64,000 nucleotides of DNA from an uncultured delta proteobacterium (GTDB lineage: Bacteria; Desulfobacterota; Desulfuromonadia; Desulfuromonadales; JACZKF01). The stretch lies in NCBI GenBank assembly GCA_963816395.1, contig CAWFKQ010000006.1, forward strand, positions 160,001 to 224,000, given 5' to 3'. The position numbers and the translations under genes were made by a program. Below, one piece after another: positions 42,156-52,015 of this stretch (the stretch's first letter is position 1; the number at the start of each line of letters is the position of its first letter). The notes under the pieces were generated by a model. That model was given only the letters and a program-made list of their open reading frames with translations. It searched no databases and had not been told where the DNA came from.

Positions 42156-42846
42156 GGTCCTCGGCATCGGCTGGGTGACGGCCGCGGGCATGGGCCGCGG
42201 GCGGCAGGCTGCGCCTTTCGCCCTGTGCCCCGGCGAACTGCCGCCGGTCGCCCGCAAGGACATCTTCGCCGAACCCGACCTGCGCTTCGGCCGCCTGGAC
42301 GGTTTTTCCCGGCTCGGCCTGGCGGCCATCGCCCTGGCCCTGCAGGATGCCGGCCTCGACGCCTGGACGGAGAAGCGGCCGGTGGCCCTGGCCGCCGCCA
42401 GCCGCTACGGCTGCCTGACCACCGACGCGGACTACTTCGACACCGTCCTGCCGCAGCAGGGGCGGCTGGCCAGCCCCAACCTGTTCGCCTACACCCTGCC
42501 GAACTGCTTTCTCGGCGAGGCGGCGATCCGCTTCGGCCTGACCGGCCCCGCCTGTGATCCTCAGCGAGCCGGAGCCGGACGGCCTGACGCCGCTGCGGCT
42601 GGCCCTGGAGACTCTCGCCTGGGGGGAGGCGCCGACGGCGGTGGCCGGGATCTGCGACCTGCCGCGGCCGCAGTTCCTCGCGCCCGGCCCGGACCGAGCC
42701 GGGGGCGGTCTTTCTCGTCCTCGGCGCAGCCGGCACGGCGGACCGGATACGGGGAAATTTCCCTGGCTGCGGAGGGAAACCTTTGCGCCGGCGGGGAGCG
42801 GGTCCCCGATCTGGAGGTTCTCGTCAATCGACTGCGGAATAAGTAA
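42145..42846 (+). CDS. KS N-terminal / chain-length-factor-like subunit; compensating frameshifts
   Basis: RFGRLD.FSRL, ASPNLFAYTLPN...FGLTGP; no KS Cys-His-His triad. Confidence 0.75.
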   Translation: MRAEVLGIGWVTAAGMGRGRQAAPFALCPGELPPVARKDIFAEPDLRFGRLDGFSRLGLAAIALALQDAGLDAWTEKRPVALAAASRYGCLTTDADYFDTVLPQQGRLASPNLFAYTLPNCFLGEAAIRFGLTGPACDPQRAGAGRPDAAAAGPGDSRLGGGADGGGRDLRPAAAAVPRARPGPSRGRSFSSSAQPARRTGYGEISLAAEGNLCAGGERVPDLEVLVNRLRNK

Positions 42847-42865
42847 TCGGCTACTTAAGTAATCA

Positions 42866-43065
42866 CTCACGCGAAGCCGCGAAGATCGCGAAGAAAAGCA
42901 GGAGATCAAAGCGTTTCACGCGACGACGCGACGACGCGACGAGAAGCCAAGGCAACTCAGGTGATAAACAGAGTCTTTTTAGCTTTTGATTTTCTCTTCG
43001 CGGCTTCGCGTGAGAAATTGCCCTGGCTTGATGGGGTCTTGACCGTCGCGTCGTCGCGTGAGACG
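42866..43065. repeat. Octamer-based inverted-repeat element (arms A-B-A'-B') left of the radical SAM cassette
   Basis: A ctcacgcgaagccgcgaaga 42866-42885 pairs with 42995-43014; B tcacgcgacgacgcgacg 42916-42933 pairs with 43044-43061. Confidence 0.85.
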
Positions 43066-43108
43066 ATTTGGCTTTTGCGGTTCTGCACCAACGGAAGGAT
43101 AAACGAAC

Positions 43109-44371
43109 ATGCGCATGCACCTGATCTATCCCAGCTGGCCGAAGCTCGACCGGCAGACCGAATTTCACCTGCCGCCGCACGGACCGGTGGTCTTTGCCGC
43201 CTGCGTGCCGCCGGAGGTGGAACTGCGCTTCACCGACGAGAACCTGCAGGCGATCGATTTCACCGCGCCGGCCGATCTGATCGCCCTGTCGGTGATGCTG
43301 ACCTGCCAGCTGCCGCGCGCCTTCGAAATCGCCGGCCGCTACCGGGCGCAGGGGGTGCCGGTGATCTTCGGCGGCATCGCCGTCATGCTGCACGCCGAGG
43401 AGGTGGCGCAGCACGCCGACGCCGTCTTCCTCGGCGAGGCCGAGGGGCGCTTCGCGGCGGTGCTGGAGGATTTCCGCAACGGCCGCCTGCGGAAGCTTTA
43501 CGATTACATGAACAACCCGCCCGACATCCGCCTGATCGGCACCGCCCGCCGGGAGGTCCTCGACCGCCAGCTGTACAACTACCGGGGGGTGCAGATGCTC
43601 GATCTGGTGCACGCCTCGCGCGGCTGCAAATTCGACTGCTTTCCCTGCTGCACCGGCTTTCTCGGCGGCAAGCAGTTCCGCCCCCGGCCCATCGACCAGG
43701 TGATCGCCGAGATGGAGGCGATCCGCAACAACCGCCTGTTCATCGTCGACAATTCCCTCGCGCAGGATCGCCAGTGGCTGAAGGAGCTCTTCACCGCCAT
43801 GGCGCCGCTGAAGAAGAAGTGGGTCTCCCACCCGATCCTGGACGATGACGAGATCCTCAAGCTGGCCGCCGACGCCGGCGCCTGGTACGTCTACCAGGCG
43901 GTCTTCGACACCTCCGACGTCATCCGCAACCGCATCCGCCGCCTCAAGGAGCACGGCATCGGGGTCGAGGGGACGATCATCCTCGGCACCGACGACCAGG
44001 ACGAGGACTCCATCAAGCGGCTGGTCGATTTCCTCCTGGAGGTGGAGCTGGACGTCGCCGAATTCACCATTCTCACCCCCTTTCCCCATTCGCCGATCCG
44101 CGCCCGCCTGGAGCAGGAAGGGCGCCTTCTGAGCAACGACTGGCGCGATTACAGCGCCGACAAGGTCGTCTTCCGGCCGAAGCGGATGACTCCGGAGAAG
44201 CTGCAGGAACTCTATTACTACGCCTGGGACACCTTCTACGCCGGCGGCGGCCACGCCCTGAAGATGGGGGAGCTGTTCCAGCGGGTGATCCGGCGGGAGG
44301 TCGAGGACGGCACTTACCGGCGCTTCGATGTGCGCACCCGGCGGGCCTTCCAGCGGCAAGCGCAGGCATGA
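43109..44371 (+). CDS. Cobalamin-dependent radical SAM protein 1
   Basis: N-terminal B12-binding-like domain (VIFGG...GEAE); SRGCKFDCFPC. Confidence 0.88.
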   Translation: MRMHLIYPSWPKLDRQTEFHLPPHGPVVFAACVPPEVELRFTDENLQAIDFTAPADLIALSVMLTCQLPRAFEIAGRYRAQGVPVIFGGIAVMLHAEEVAQHADAVFLGEAEGRFAAVLEDFRNGRLRKLYDYMNNPPDIRLIGTARREVLDRQLYNYRGVQMLDLVHASRGCKFDCFPCCTGFLGGKQFRPRPIDQVIAEMEAIRNNRLFIVDNSLAQDRQWLKELFTAMAPLKKKWVSHPILDDDEILKLAADAGAWYVYQAVFDTSDVIRNRIRRLKEHGIGVEGTIILGTDDQDEDSIKRLVDFLLEVELDVAEFTILTPFPHSPIRARLEQEGRLLSNDWRDYSADKVVFRPKRMTPEKLQELYYYAWDTFYAGGGHALKMGELFQRVIRREVEDGTYRRFDVRTRRAFQRQAQA

Positions 44372-45739
44372 GCCGGGTATTTCTCCTCTCCGCCAACGTC
44401 ACCACCGAGCCGTACCCGGTCTATCCCCTGGGGATGGCGATGGTCGCCGCGGCCCTGGCCCGGCACGGCCACCAGGTGCGGCAGTTCGACTTTCTCGCCG
44501 CCGGCCGCTCGGAGGCGGCGCTGGTCGAAGCGCTGCGCGCATTCGCGCCGGCGGTGGTCGGTCTGTCCCTGCGCAACATCGACAACGTCGATTCCCTCGG
44601 CGGCGAGGACGGCTGGTACCTGGGCCTGGCGAGAGAGCTGGTGCGGCGGGTGCGGGAGGCGACAGCGGCCCCGGTGGTGGTCGGCGGCCCCGGGTTCTCC
44701 ATCATGCCGGAGGCGATCCTCGACTATCTGGGGGCCGATTACGGTATCGCCGGCGAGGGGGAGCGGGCCTTTCCCGAACTGGTCGAAGGGCTGACCCGGG
44801 GCGAGGGCGGCGAGCGCCTCCGCCAGGGCGGGGCTCCGCTGGCCGGCGGAGAGATCGGCCAGGCCCTCCTCGATCCGGACCTCGTCCGCTTTTACCTGGC
44901 CCAGACCGGGATGCTGAACCTGCAGACGAAGCGCGGCTGCCCGCACGCCTGCACCTACTGCACCTACGTCCATCTGGAAGGGGGGTGCTTCCGTCCCCGC
45001 GATCCGGCGGCGGTGGTGGAGGAGATCCGCCGCATCCGGGCCGAATTCGGGGTCGACACCTTCTTCTTCACCGACTCGGTGTTCAACGACCGGCAGGGGC
45101 ACTATCTGCAGGTCGCCGAGGAGTTGTTGCGGCAGGAGGCCGGGATCCGCTGGTGCGGCTTTTTCCGCCCGCAGGGGCTGGGGCGCCGGGAGCTCGCCCT
45201 GCTCAAGCGCTCCGGCCTCTACGCCATGGAACTCGGCACCGACGCCGCCAGCGACGCCACCCTGGCGGGGATCGGCAAGGGGTTCACCTTCGCCGAGGCG
45301 GCGGCGGTCAGCCGGGCCTGCGTCGAGGAGGCGATCCCCTGCGCCCACTTCATCATGTTCGGCGTGCCCGGCGAAACCGCCGACACCGTGCGCGAGGGGC
45401 TGGCCAACATCGCCGCCCTGGACCACTGCGTCGTCTTCGCTTTCTCCGGCATCCGCATCCTCCCCGGCACCGCCCTGCGCGCGCAGGCGGTGCGCGAGGG
45501 GGTGCTGGCGGCCGACGCCTCCCTGCTCACCCCGGCCTACTACTTCTCCCCGGCGGTCGAGCGGGAATGGATGAACGCCGCCATCCAGAGCGCCTTTCAG
45601 GGGCGGCGCGACCGCATCTTCCCCCCCTCCGAGGGGCAGAAGCGGCTGGCGGTCATGCACCGCTTCGGCTATCCGCGGCCTGCTCTGGGACCAGCTCGTC
45701 TCCTTTCCCAAGCGCCTCAAGCAGGAAGGGGGGGCATGA
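44368..45739 (+). CDS. Lipid-biosynthesis B12-binding/radical SAM protein 2; frameshift near 45672
   Basis: SAN...PYPVYPLG, SLRNIDN, VGGPGFS, GEGE, KRGCPHACTYC, FTDSVFN; resembles the TIGR04072-type family (recalled, not HMM-tested). Confidence 0.85.
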
Positions 45740-47183
45740 GCGGCCTGCACGAGGAAAAAATCCTGCTGGTGCACCCCCTGGGCTACCGGGCCGAGGCGGC
45801 CGGGCGCGACATTTCCCGCCTGGCCAACCTCATGCCCCCGCTGGGGTTGGCCAGCATCGCCGCCTGGCTGGAGCGGCAGGGGCTGCAGGCGGATATCATC
45901 GACTGCTTCGCCCGCCCCGACGCCGACCGGCTGATCCGCGACCATCTGCTCGCCGAGCGGCCCGGCCTGGCTGGGTTTTTCCTGCACCACCTCCAGCTTT
46001 CTCGACGGCGTGCGCCTGGCCGCCGAGGCCAAGGCGCTGCTGCCGGGCATCCGCACCGTTTTCGGCGGCCCGCACGTCTCGGCCCTGAAGGAGCAGGTGC
46101 TGGCCGATTATCCGGAGATCGATCTGGCGGTGGTCGGGGAAGGGGAGGAGACGCTGGCCGAGCTGCTGGCCGGCGGCGAGCCGGCGGCGGTGCCGGGGGT
46201 GGTCTGGCGCGACGGCGGGCACGGCAGCGTCTTCAACGGCTACCGGGGACGGGGGATCGAACTCGACCGCCTGCCCTTTCCGGCCTACGAGAAGCTCGCC
46301 GGCTATCCGCAGGCCTACAAGCTGCCGATCTTCAACTATCCGAAGGCGCCGAACAGCAGCTGCATCTCCAGCCGCGGCTGCCCCTATGCCTGCAGCTACT
46401 GCGACCGCTCGGTCTTCGGCCGCTCCTTCCGCTACAATTCGGCCGAGTACCTCTACGAGCACCTGCGCTACCTGCGCGAGCGCTTCGGCATCCGCCACGC
46501 CAACTTCTACGACGACCAGTTCACCTTCCATCGCGGGCGGGTGGAGGAATTCTGCCGGCGGATGATCGAACGCCCCCTGGGGATGACCTTCAACTGCGCG
46601 GTGCGCGCCGAGCACGTCGATGCCGAACTGCTGCGGCTGATGAAGGCGGCCGGCTGCTGGATGGTCAGCCTGGGAATCGAGACCGGCGACCCGCGAGCTG
46701 CTGGCGCAGCACCGGCAGAACGCCGACCTGCAGATGCTGGCGGCGACGATCCGGATGATCAAGCGGGCCGGCATCCGGGTCAAGGGGCTGCTGATGATGG
46801 GGCTGCCGGGGGAGAGCGAAGCGAGCATCCGCCGCAGCATGGATTACGTCTTCTCCCTGCCGGTGGACGACTTCAACCTCTCCAAGTTCACCCCCTTTCC
46901 CGGCTCGCCGCTTTACGAGACGATCCACGAGCTGGGGAGCTTCGACGAGGACTGGGAGCAGATGGACTGCATGCACTTTCTCTTCGTGCCGCAGGGGATG
47001 ACCCGCGAGCGGCTGGAAGTGCTCTTCACCGAGTTCTACAAGCGCCACTACACCCGGCCGAAGGTTCTGCTCGGCTACGCGGCCATGCTCTGGCGCTCGC
47101 CCGACAGCTGGCGGCGCTTCGCCGGCAACCTCGGGGATTTCCTGCGCTTCGCCCGCAGCAGCCGGCGGATCGCGGAGGGGTGA
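45736..47183 (+). CDS. Cobalamin-dependent radical SAM protein 3; two frameshifts
   Basis: PPLGLASIAA, FGGPH, GEGE, SRGCPYACSYC, FYDDQF, GIETG, PFPGSPLY. Confidence 0.88.
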
Positions 47184-47194
47184 GAAAGCAAGAG

Positions 47195-47372
47195 CGTCTC
47201 ACGCGACGACGCGACGGCGCGACGAAAAGCAAAGGCAAATCCAAGGATTCGGATTTTAAACATAGAACAAGTGGTTTTTAGCTGTTGACCTGCGTCGCGT
47301 CGTTGCGTCGTCGCGTGAGAAAAGTCTTTTAGAATTTTGACCTACTTCGCGCTCTTCGCGGCTTCGCGTGAG
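47195..47372. repeat. Octamer-based inverted-repeat element (arms B-B'-A') right of the radical SAM cassette
   Basis: cgtctcacgcgacgacgcgacgg 47195-47217; cgtcgcgtcgttgcgtcgtcgcgtgaga 47293-47320; cttcgcgctcttcgcggcttcgcgtgag 47345-47372. Confidence 0.85.
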
Positions 47373-47386
47373 ATAGATTCGAGACA

Positions 47387-48543
47387 ATGAACTTTCTTAT
47401 CGCCATACCCTTATATAACCACGCCGCGGCCGTGCGGCACGTCGTCCAGCGGGCGCTGGCGGTGCACGATGAGGTCCTCGTCGTCGACGACGGCAGCACC
47501 GACGGCGGCGCCGATTTTGTCGCCGACCTGCCGGTGCGGATCGTCCGCCATCCGCGCAACCTCGGCAAGGGGGCGGCGATCCTGACCGCCGCGGCCGAGG
47601 CGCGCCGGCTGGGGATGACCCACATCGTCACCCTCGACGCCGACGGCCAGCATGCCCCCGAGGACATTGCCCGCTTCCTGCCGGAGATCGCCGCCCACCC
47701 CGAGGCGATCGTCGTCGGCTGCCGCGATTTCGCGACGGCCAACGTCCCCGGCTCTTCCCGCTTCGGCCGGCAGTTTTCCAATTTCTGGCTGCGCCTGCAG
47801 ACCGGCAGGAGCCTGGGCGACACGCAGAGCGGCTTTCGCGCCTATCCGCTGGCGGTGCTGGAGCAGCTGCGCCTGGGGCAGCGGCATTACTCCTTCGAGG
47901 TGGAGGTGCTGGTCAAGGCGGCCTGGGCCGGGGTGGAACTGCGCGAGGTGCCGATCTCCGTCTACTATCCGCCGGCGGGGGAGCGCATCTCCCATTTCCG
48001 CGCCTTCCGCGACAACTTGCGGCTGACGGTGCTCAATACCGGGCTGACCATGCGCTCCATCGCCCCCTGGCCGCACCGCAAGATCGTCACCGACCGGCGC
48101 ACCGGCGGCAAGGTGAGCGTGCTGCATCCGCTGCGCTCGCTGCGCGTCCTGCTCACGGAGAACACCTCCCCGGCGCAGCTGGCCGCCGCCGGCGCCCTCG
48201 GGGTCTTCCTCGGCGCCCTGCCGCTGCTCGCCCTGCATACGGTGGCCATCCTCTTCGCCGCCGGTTTTCTGCGCCTGAACAAGGTGGCGGCGGTCAGCGC
48301 CAGCCAGCTGTGCATGCCGCCGCTGGTGCCGGCGCTCTGCATCGAGGCCGGCTATTTCCTGCGCAACGGGGAGTTTCTGACCGAATTTTCCCTGCAGACC
48401 CTCGGTTACCAGGGGCTGCAGCGGCTCTAGGAATGGTTCCTCGGATCGCTGCTGCTCGGCCCCGCTGCTCGCCCTGGCGACGGCGGGGGCGATTTACGGC
48501 ATGGCGCTGCTTCGTGCGGGGAGGTCAGCATGTCGAGGGCTGA
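47387..48543 (+). CDS. GT2 glycosyltransferase + DUF2062-like membrane domain; in-frame TAG at 48428 and a later frameshift
   Basis: IPLYN, VVDDGSTD, NLGKGAA, DADGQH, DTQSGFRAYP, ERISHF; hydrophobic C-terminus. Confidence 0.85.
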
Positions 48544-49489
48544 GACGCCGGCCGGCGGCAGCTGGACGCAGCCGCAGTATCGGTTCGCGGCTGCAGCACG
48601 AGATTTTCTATCTGCTGATCCGCCTCGGCGGCCGGCGGGCCGCCTATTTCCTTCTCAATTTCGTCGTTTTATATTATGTTCTTCTGCGGCCGGCGGTGCG
48701 CCGGACGACGCTCCCCTACCTGCGTCGGCGCTTTCCCGAAAGAGGCCGGCCGCGGCTGGCCGACAGCTTCCGCATGAGCCTGGCGCTCGGCAAGGTGCTC
48801 GTCGACCGGGCGGTGGTGGGGATTCTCGGCCCGGCGGCGATGCAGGTGCGGCTTCGAGGGCCGGGAGGAGCTGCTGGCGCTCCTCGGCGAGGGGCGCGGC
48901 CTGATCCTGATGACCGCCCACGTCGGCTGCTGGCAGGTGGCGATGTCCGCCCTCGGCTTTCTCCAGGTGCCGGTCAATCTGCTCATGCAGCGGGAAGAGG
49001 GGGATCTCGACCGCCACTATTTCGAGCATGCGGGCATCGCCTGCCCCTACCGCATCATCGACCCGCGCGGCTATCTCGGCGGCGCCCTGGAGATGATCGA
49101 AGTCCTCAAGCGCGGCGAGGTCCTCTCGGTGATGGGAGACCGCATGCTGGGCAGCGACCGCAACGCCGTCGCCGTCGATTTCTTCGGCGCCCCGGTGCGT
49201 TTTCCCTTCAGCGCCTACAAGCTGGCCTCGGTCACCGGCGCGCCGGTCGCCGTCGTCCTCTCGGCCAAGACCGGGGCGGCCAGCTACGCCCTGCAGCTTG
49301 TACGAGGTGATCCGGGTGCCGCCCGGCCTGGGGCGCGGCAGCGCCGTCTTCGCCCCCTATGCCGGCCGCTTTGCCGCGGCCCTGGAGCGCTTCTGCGCCG
49401 GGCACCCTTACCAGTTCTTCAATTTTTTCGATATGTGGCAGGAGGCAACGCCACCTCCGGCCCATTCCACGCAAGGAGCCGACCAATGA
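48530..49489 (+). CDS. LpxL/lipid A lauroyltransferase-like acyltransferase; about 3 frameshifts
   Basis: TAHVGCWQ, MGDR, V.FFG....FP, HPYQFFNFFDMW. Confidence 0.82.
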
Positions 49490-49740
49490 CCGTCAAGGAA
49501 AAACTGAAAAAAATTCTCGTCGAAGAACTCAACCTGGAGGACCTGACGCCCGCCGACATCGACGACGACGCGCCCCTGTTCGGGGAAGGGCTGGGGCTCG
49601 ATTCCCTGGATGCGGTGGAGCTGGTCGTTCTGGTGCAGAAGCATTTCGGGGTGGAGATCAAGGATATGGAAGAGGGCCGGCCGGCCCTGCAGTCGGTCAA
49701 CTCCCTGGCCGGATTCATCGAGGCGAAGCGCGCGGCATGA
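49486..49740 (+). CDS. Acyl carrier protein 2
   Basis: LFGEGLGLDSLDAVEL; AAGGAG RBS. Confidence 0.92.
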   Translation: MTVKEKLKKILVEELNLEDLTPADIDDDAPLFGEGLGLDSLDAVELVVLVQKHFGVEIKDMEEGRPALQSVNSLAGFIEAKRAA

Positions 49741-50943
49741 TTCGCCAGCAACCGGTCGCCGTGACCGGCGCCGGCTGCCTTTGCGCCGCCGGCGCCAACC
49801 TCGCTGCCTGCCTCGAGACCCTTTTTGCCGGCCGGCGGGCACCGGTGCCGCCGCGCCTGTTCAGCACCGGGCATCGCGCTGACGTTACCCGGTGTTCGAG
49901 GTGCCGGAGGCTTTTTCCCCGTCACGGCTCCGAGGGGCGGGGAGGTGCCGCGCACGGCCCGTCTGGCTGTTGCCGCCTCGGCCGAGGCGTTGGCCGAATG
50001 CCGGATGGGAGCCAGCACAGCTCGCGGAACTGCGGGTGGGGGTGATCGTCGGCACCACCGTCGGCAGCGCCATGAACAACGAGGAATTCTACCGCGACTA
50101 TCTGTCATGGGGGACGGCCCGACAATGGCGCCGATCCGCCGCTTTCTACGCAGCAATCCGGCGGCGGCGGTGGCCCGGCACTTTGCCCTCAACGGCCCGG
50201 TGCAGACGGTGGTCAACGCCTGCTCGTCGGCCACGGACGCGGTGGGAATCGCCGCCCAGTGGCTGCGGGACGGCCTGTGCGACCTGGTCGTGGCGGGAGG
50301 TGCCGACGAGCTGTGCCGGACCACCTACAACGGCTTCATCTCCTTGATGATCTCCGACCCGGAGCCGGTCCGCCCTTTCGACCGTCGCCGGCGCGGCCTC
50401 AATCTCGGCGAAGGGGCCGGAATGCTGGTGCTGGAAAGCGATGCCCTGAGCCGGCGGCGGCCGGGGCGGGTCCGCGCCCGCGTGGCCGGCTACGGAAGTG
50501 CGTGCGATGCGCATCATCTGACCGCGCCCCATCCGGAAGGGGCGGGGCTCAAGCGGGCCTTGGGCGAGGCGCTGACGGCTGGCGGCTGCCGGCTGGAGGA
50601 GCTTGCCTTTGTCAACGCCCACGGCACCGGCACCCCCGACAATGATCGGGTGGAGAGCCGAACCCTTGCCGAGGTCCTGCCCCGGGTCCCCTTTCTCTCC
50701 ACCAAGGGGGACACCGGGCATACCCTCGGCGCAGCCGGGGGTATCGAGGCGGCGTTCACTCTGGCCTGCCTGGAGCAGGGGCGGATTCCCGCCAGCGCCG
50801 GCTTCAGCGAGGCAGATCCCGAGTTGCCGGCGACTCCGGTGCGGGAGACGACAGCGACGCCGGGACGGCTGGCGCTGTCCCAGTCGCTCGCCTTCGGCGG
50901 CAACAATGCAGTGATCCTCTTCGAGAAAGGGGAGCGCTCATGA
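49737..50943 (+). CDS. Beta-ketoacyl synthase KS4 (ApeO-like); about 3 frameshifts
   Basis: VVNACSS / NAHGTGT / TGHTLGAAG, AFGGNN. Confidence 0.88.
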
Positions 50944-52014
50944 GCCGCGCTGGCGATTCAGGGCGTCGGCGTGCTCGGCGGCTTCGGCTGCGGAGTGGCC
51001 GATCTGCAGCACCGTCTGGCCGGCCTGCCGGCGGCGCCATCCGAGCTGGCTGTATCGGCCGAGGGTAAAGAATTGCGGGTGCCGGCTTATCTGGCCGACC
51101 CGTCACCCCTGGAGCGCTTTGCCAATAAACGCGCGACCCGGCGCATCGACCATTTTTCCCGGATGGCGCTGCTGGGCGCCTACCTTGCCCTGGAGGACGC
51201 AGGGACGGCGGCGGCCTCCTGCGAACGCATGGGGGTGGTTGTCGCCACCGGTTTCGGGGCCACCCGGACCACCTTCTCCTTTCTCGATTCGGTTCTCGTC
51301 GACGGCGACGCCTGCGCCTCTCCCACCCACTTTTCCAACTCGCTGCATAACGCCCCGGCCGCGCACATCGCCATTCAGCTCAATGTCACCGGCCCGAACC
51401 TGACGGTGAGCCAGTTCGATATGTCGGTCGCTTCGGCTCTGCTTACCGCTAAATGCTGGCTGGCCGAGGGAAGGGTCGACAGCGTGTTGTTCGGTGCCGT
51501 GGATGAAGTCTGTGCGGTGCTCGGCTATTGCTGGGAGAGGTTCTTCACCTCCGCAGGTCGGCAGATCGCCCCCTTTGCCTTCGACCGGCAGAGCGCCATC
51601 CCTGGCGAAGGCGCCGCCTTTTTCCTCCTCACTGGGGGCCCGGAAGCATCCTACGGCCATATCTCCCAGGTGACCCAGGGGCGTGCGGCGGGAATCCGCT
51701 ATGCGGCCGGGGACTTTGTGCTCAATGCCGATGGTCATGCGGCGTGCGGCGCCGCCTACCGGGACATTCTGGCCGGCCCGGCACGGGCGGCTGCCTACAC
51801 CCCGCATTTCGGCAGCCTGCCGGTCGGGCAGGGCTTCGACCTGGCGGTGGCGGCCCTGGCGGTCCGGGACGGAAGGCTCCCGACTGCGCCCGCAGCGGAG
51901 AGCCTCCCGCCGTCGTGGCAGCCGGCCGCCGGTTCGGAAATCGAGGGTGCGGTGACCTGTCTCAAGTGCGACGGCAGGGGCAATTTCGGCGCGTTCAGAG
52001 TGGAAAGGCCCTGA
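50940..52014 (+). CDS. Chain-length-factor-like KS subunit; frameshift near the start
   Basis: RRIDHFSRM, SPTHFSNSLHN, TVSQ with Gln at the catalytic Cys position. Confidence 0.8.
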
Positions 52015-52015
52015 G

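Noticed and set aside
44368..46758. Apparent 796-aa double radical SAM fusion ORF
   Set aside because: Caused by a frameshift near 45672; the corrected frame stops at 45739, overlapping the ATG of rSAM3
42866..47372. CRISPR array or IS ends
   Set aside because: No regular repeat-spacer periodicity, no cas or transposase gene; arms are inverted octamer repeats
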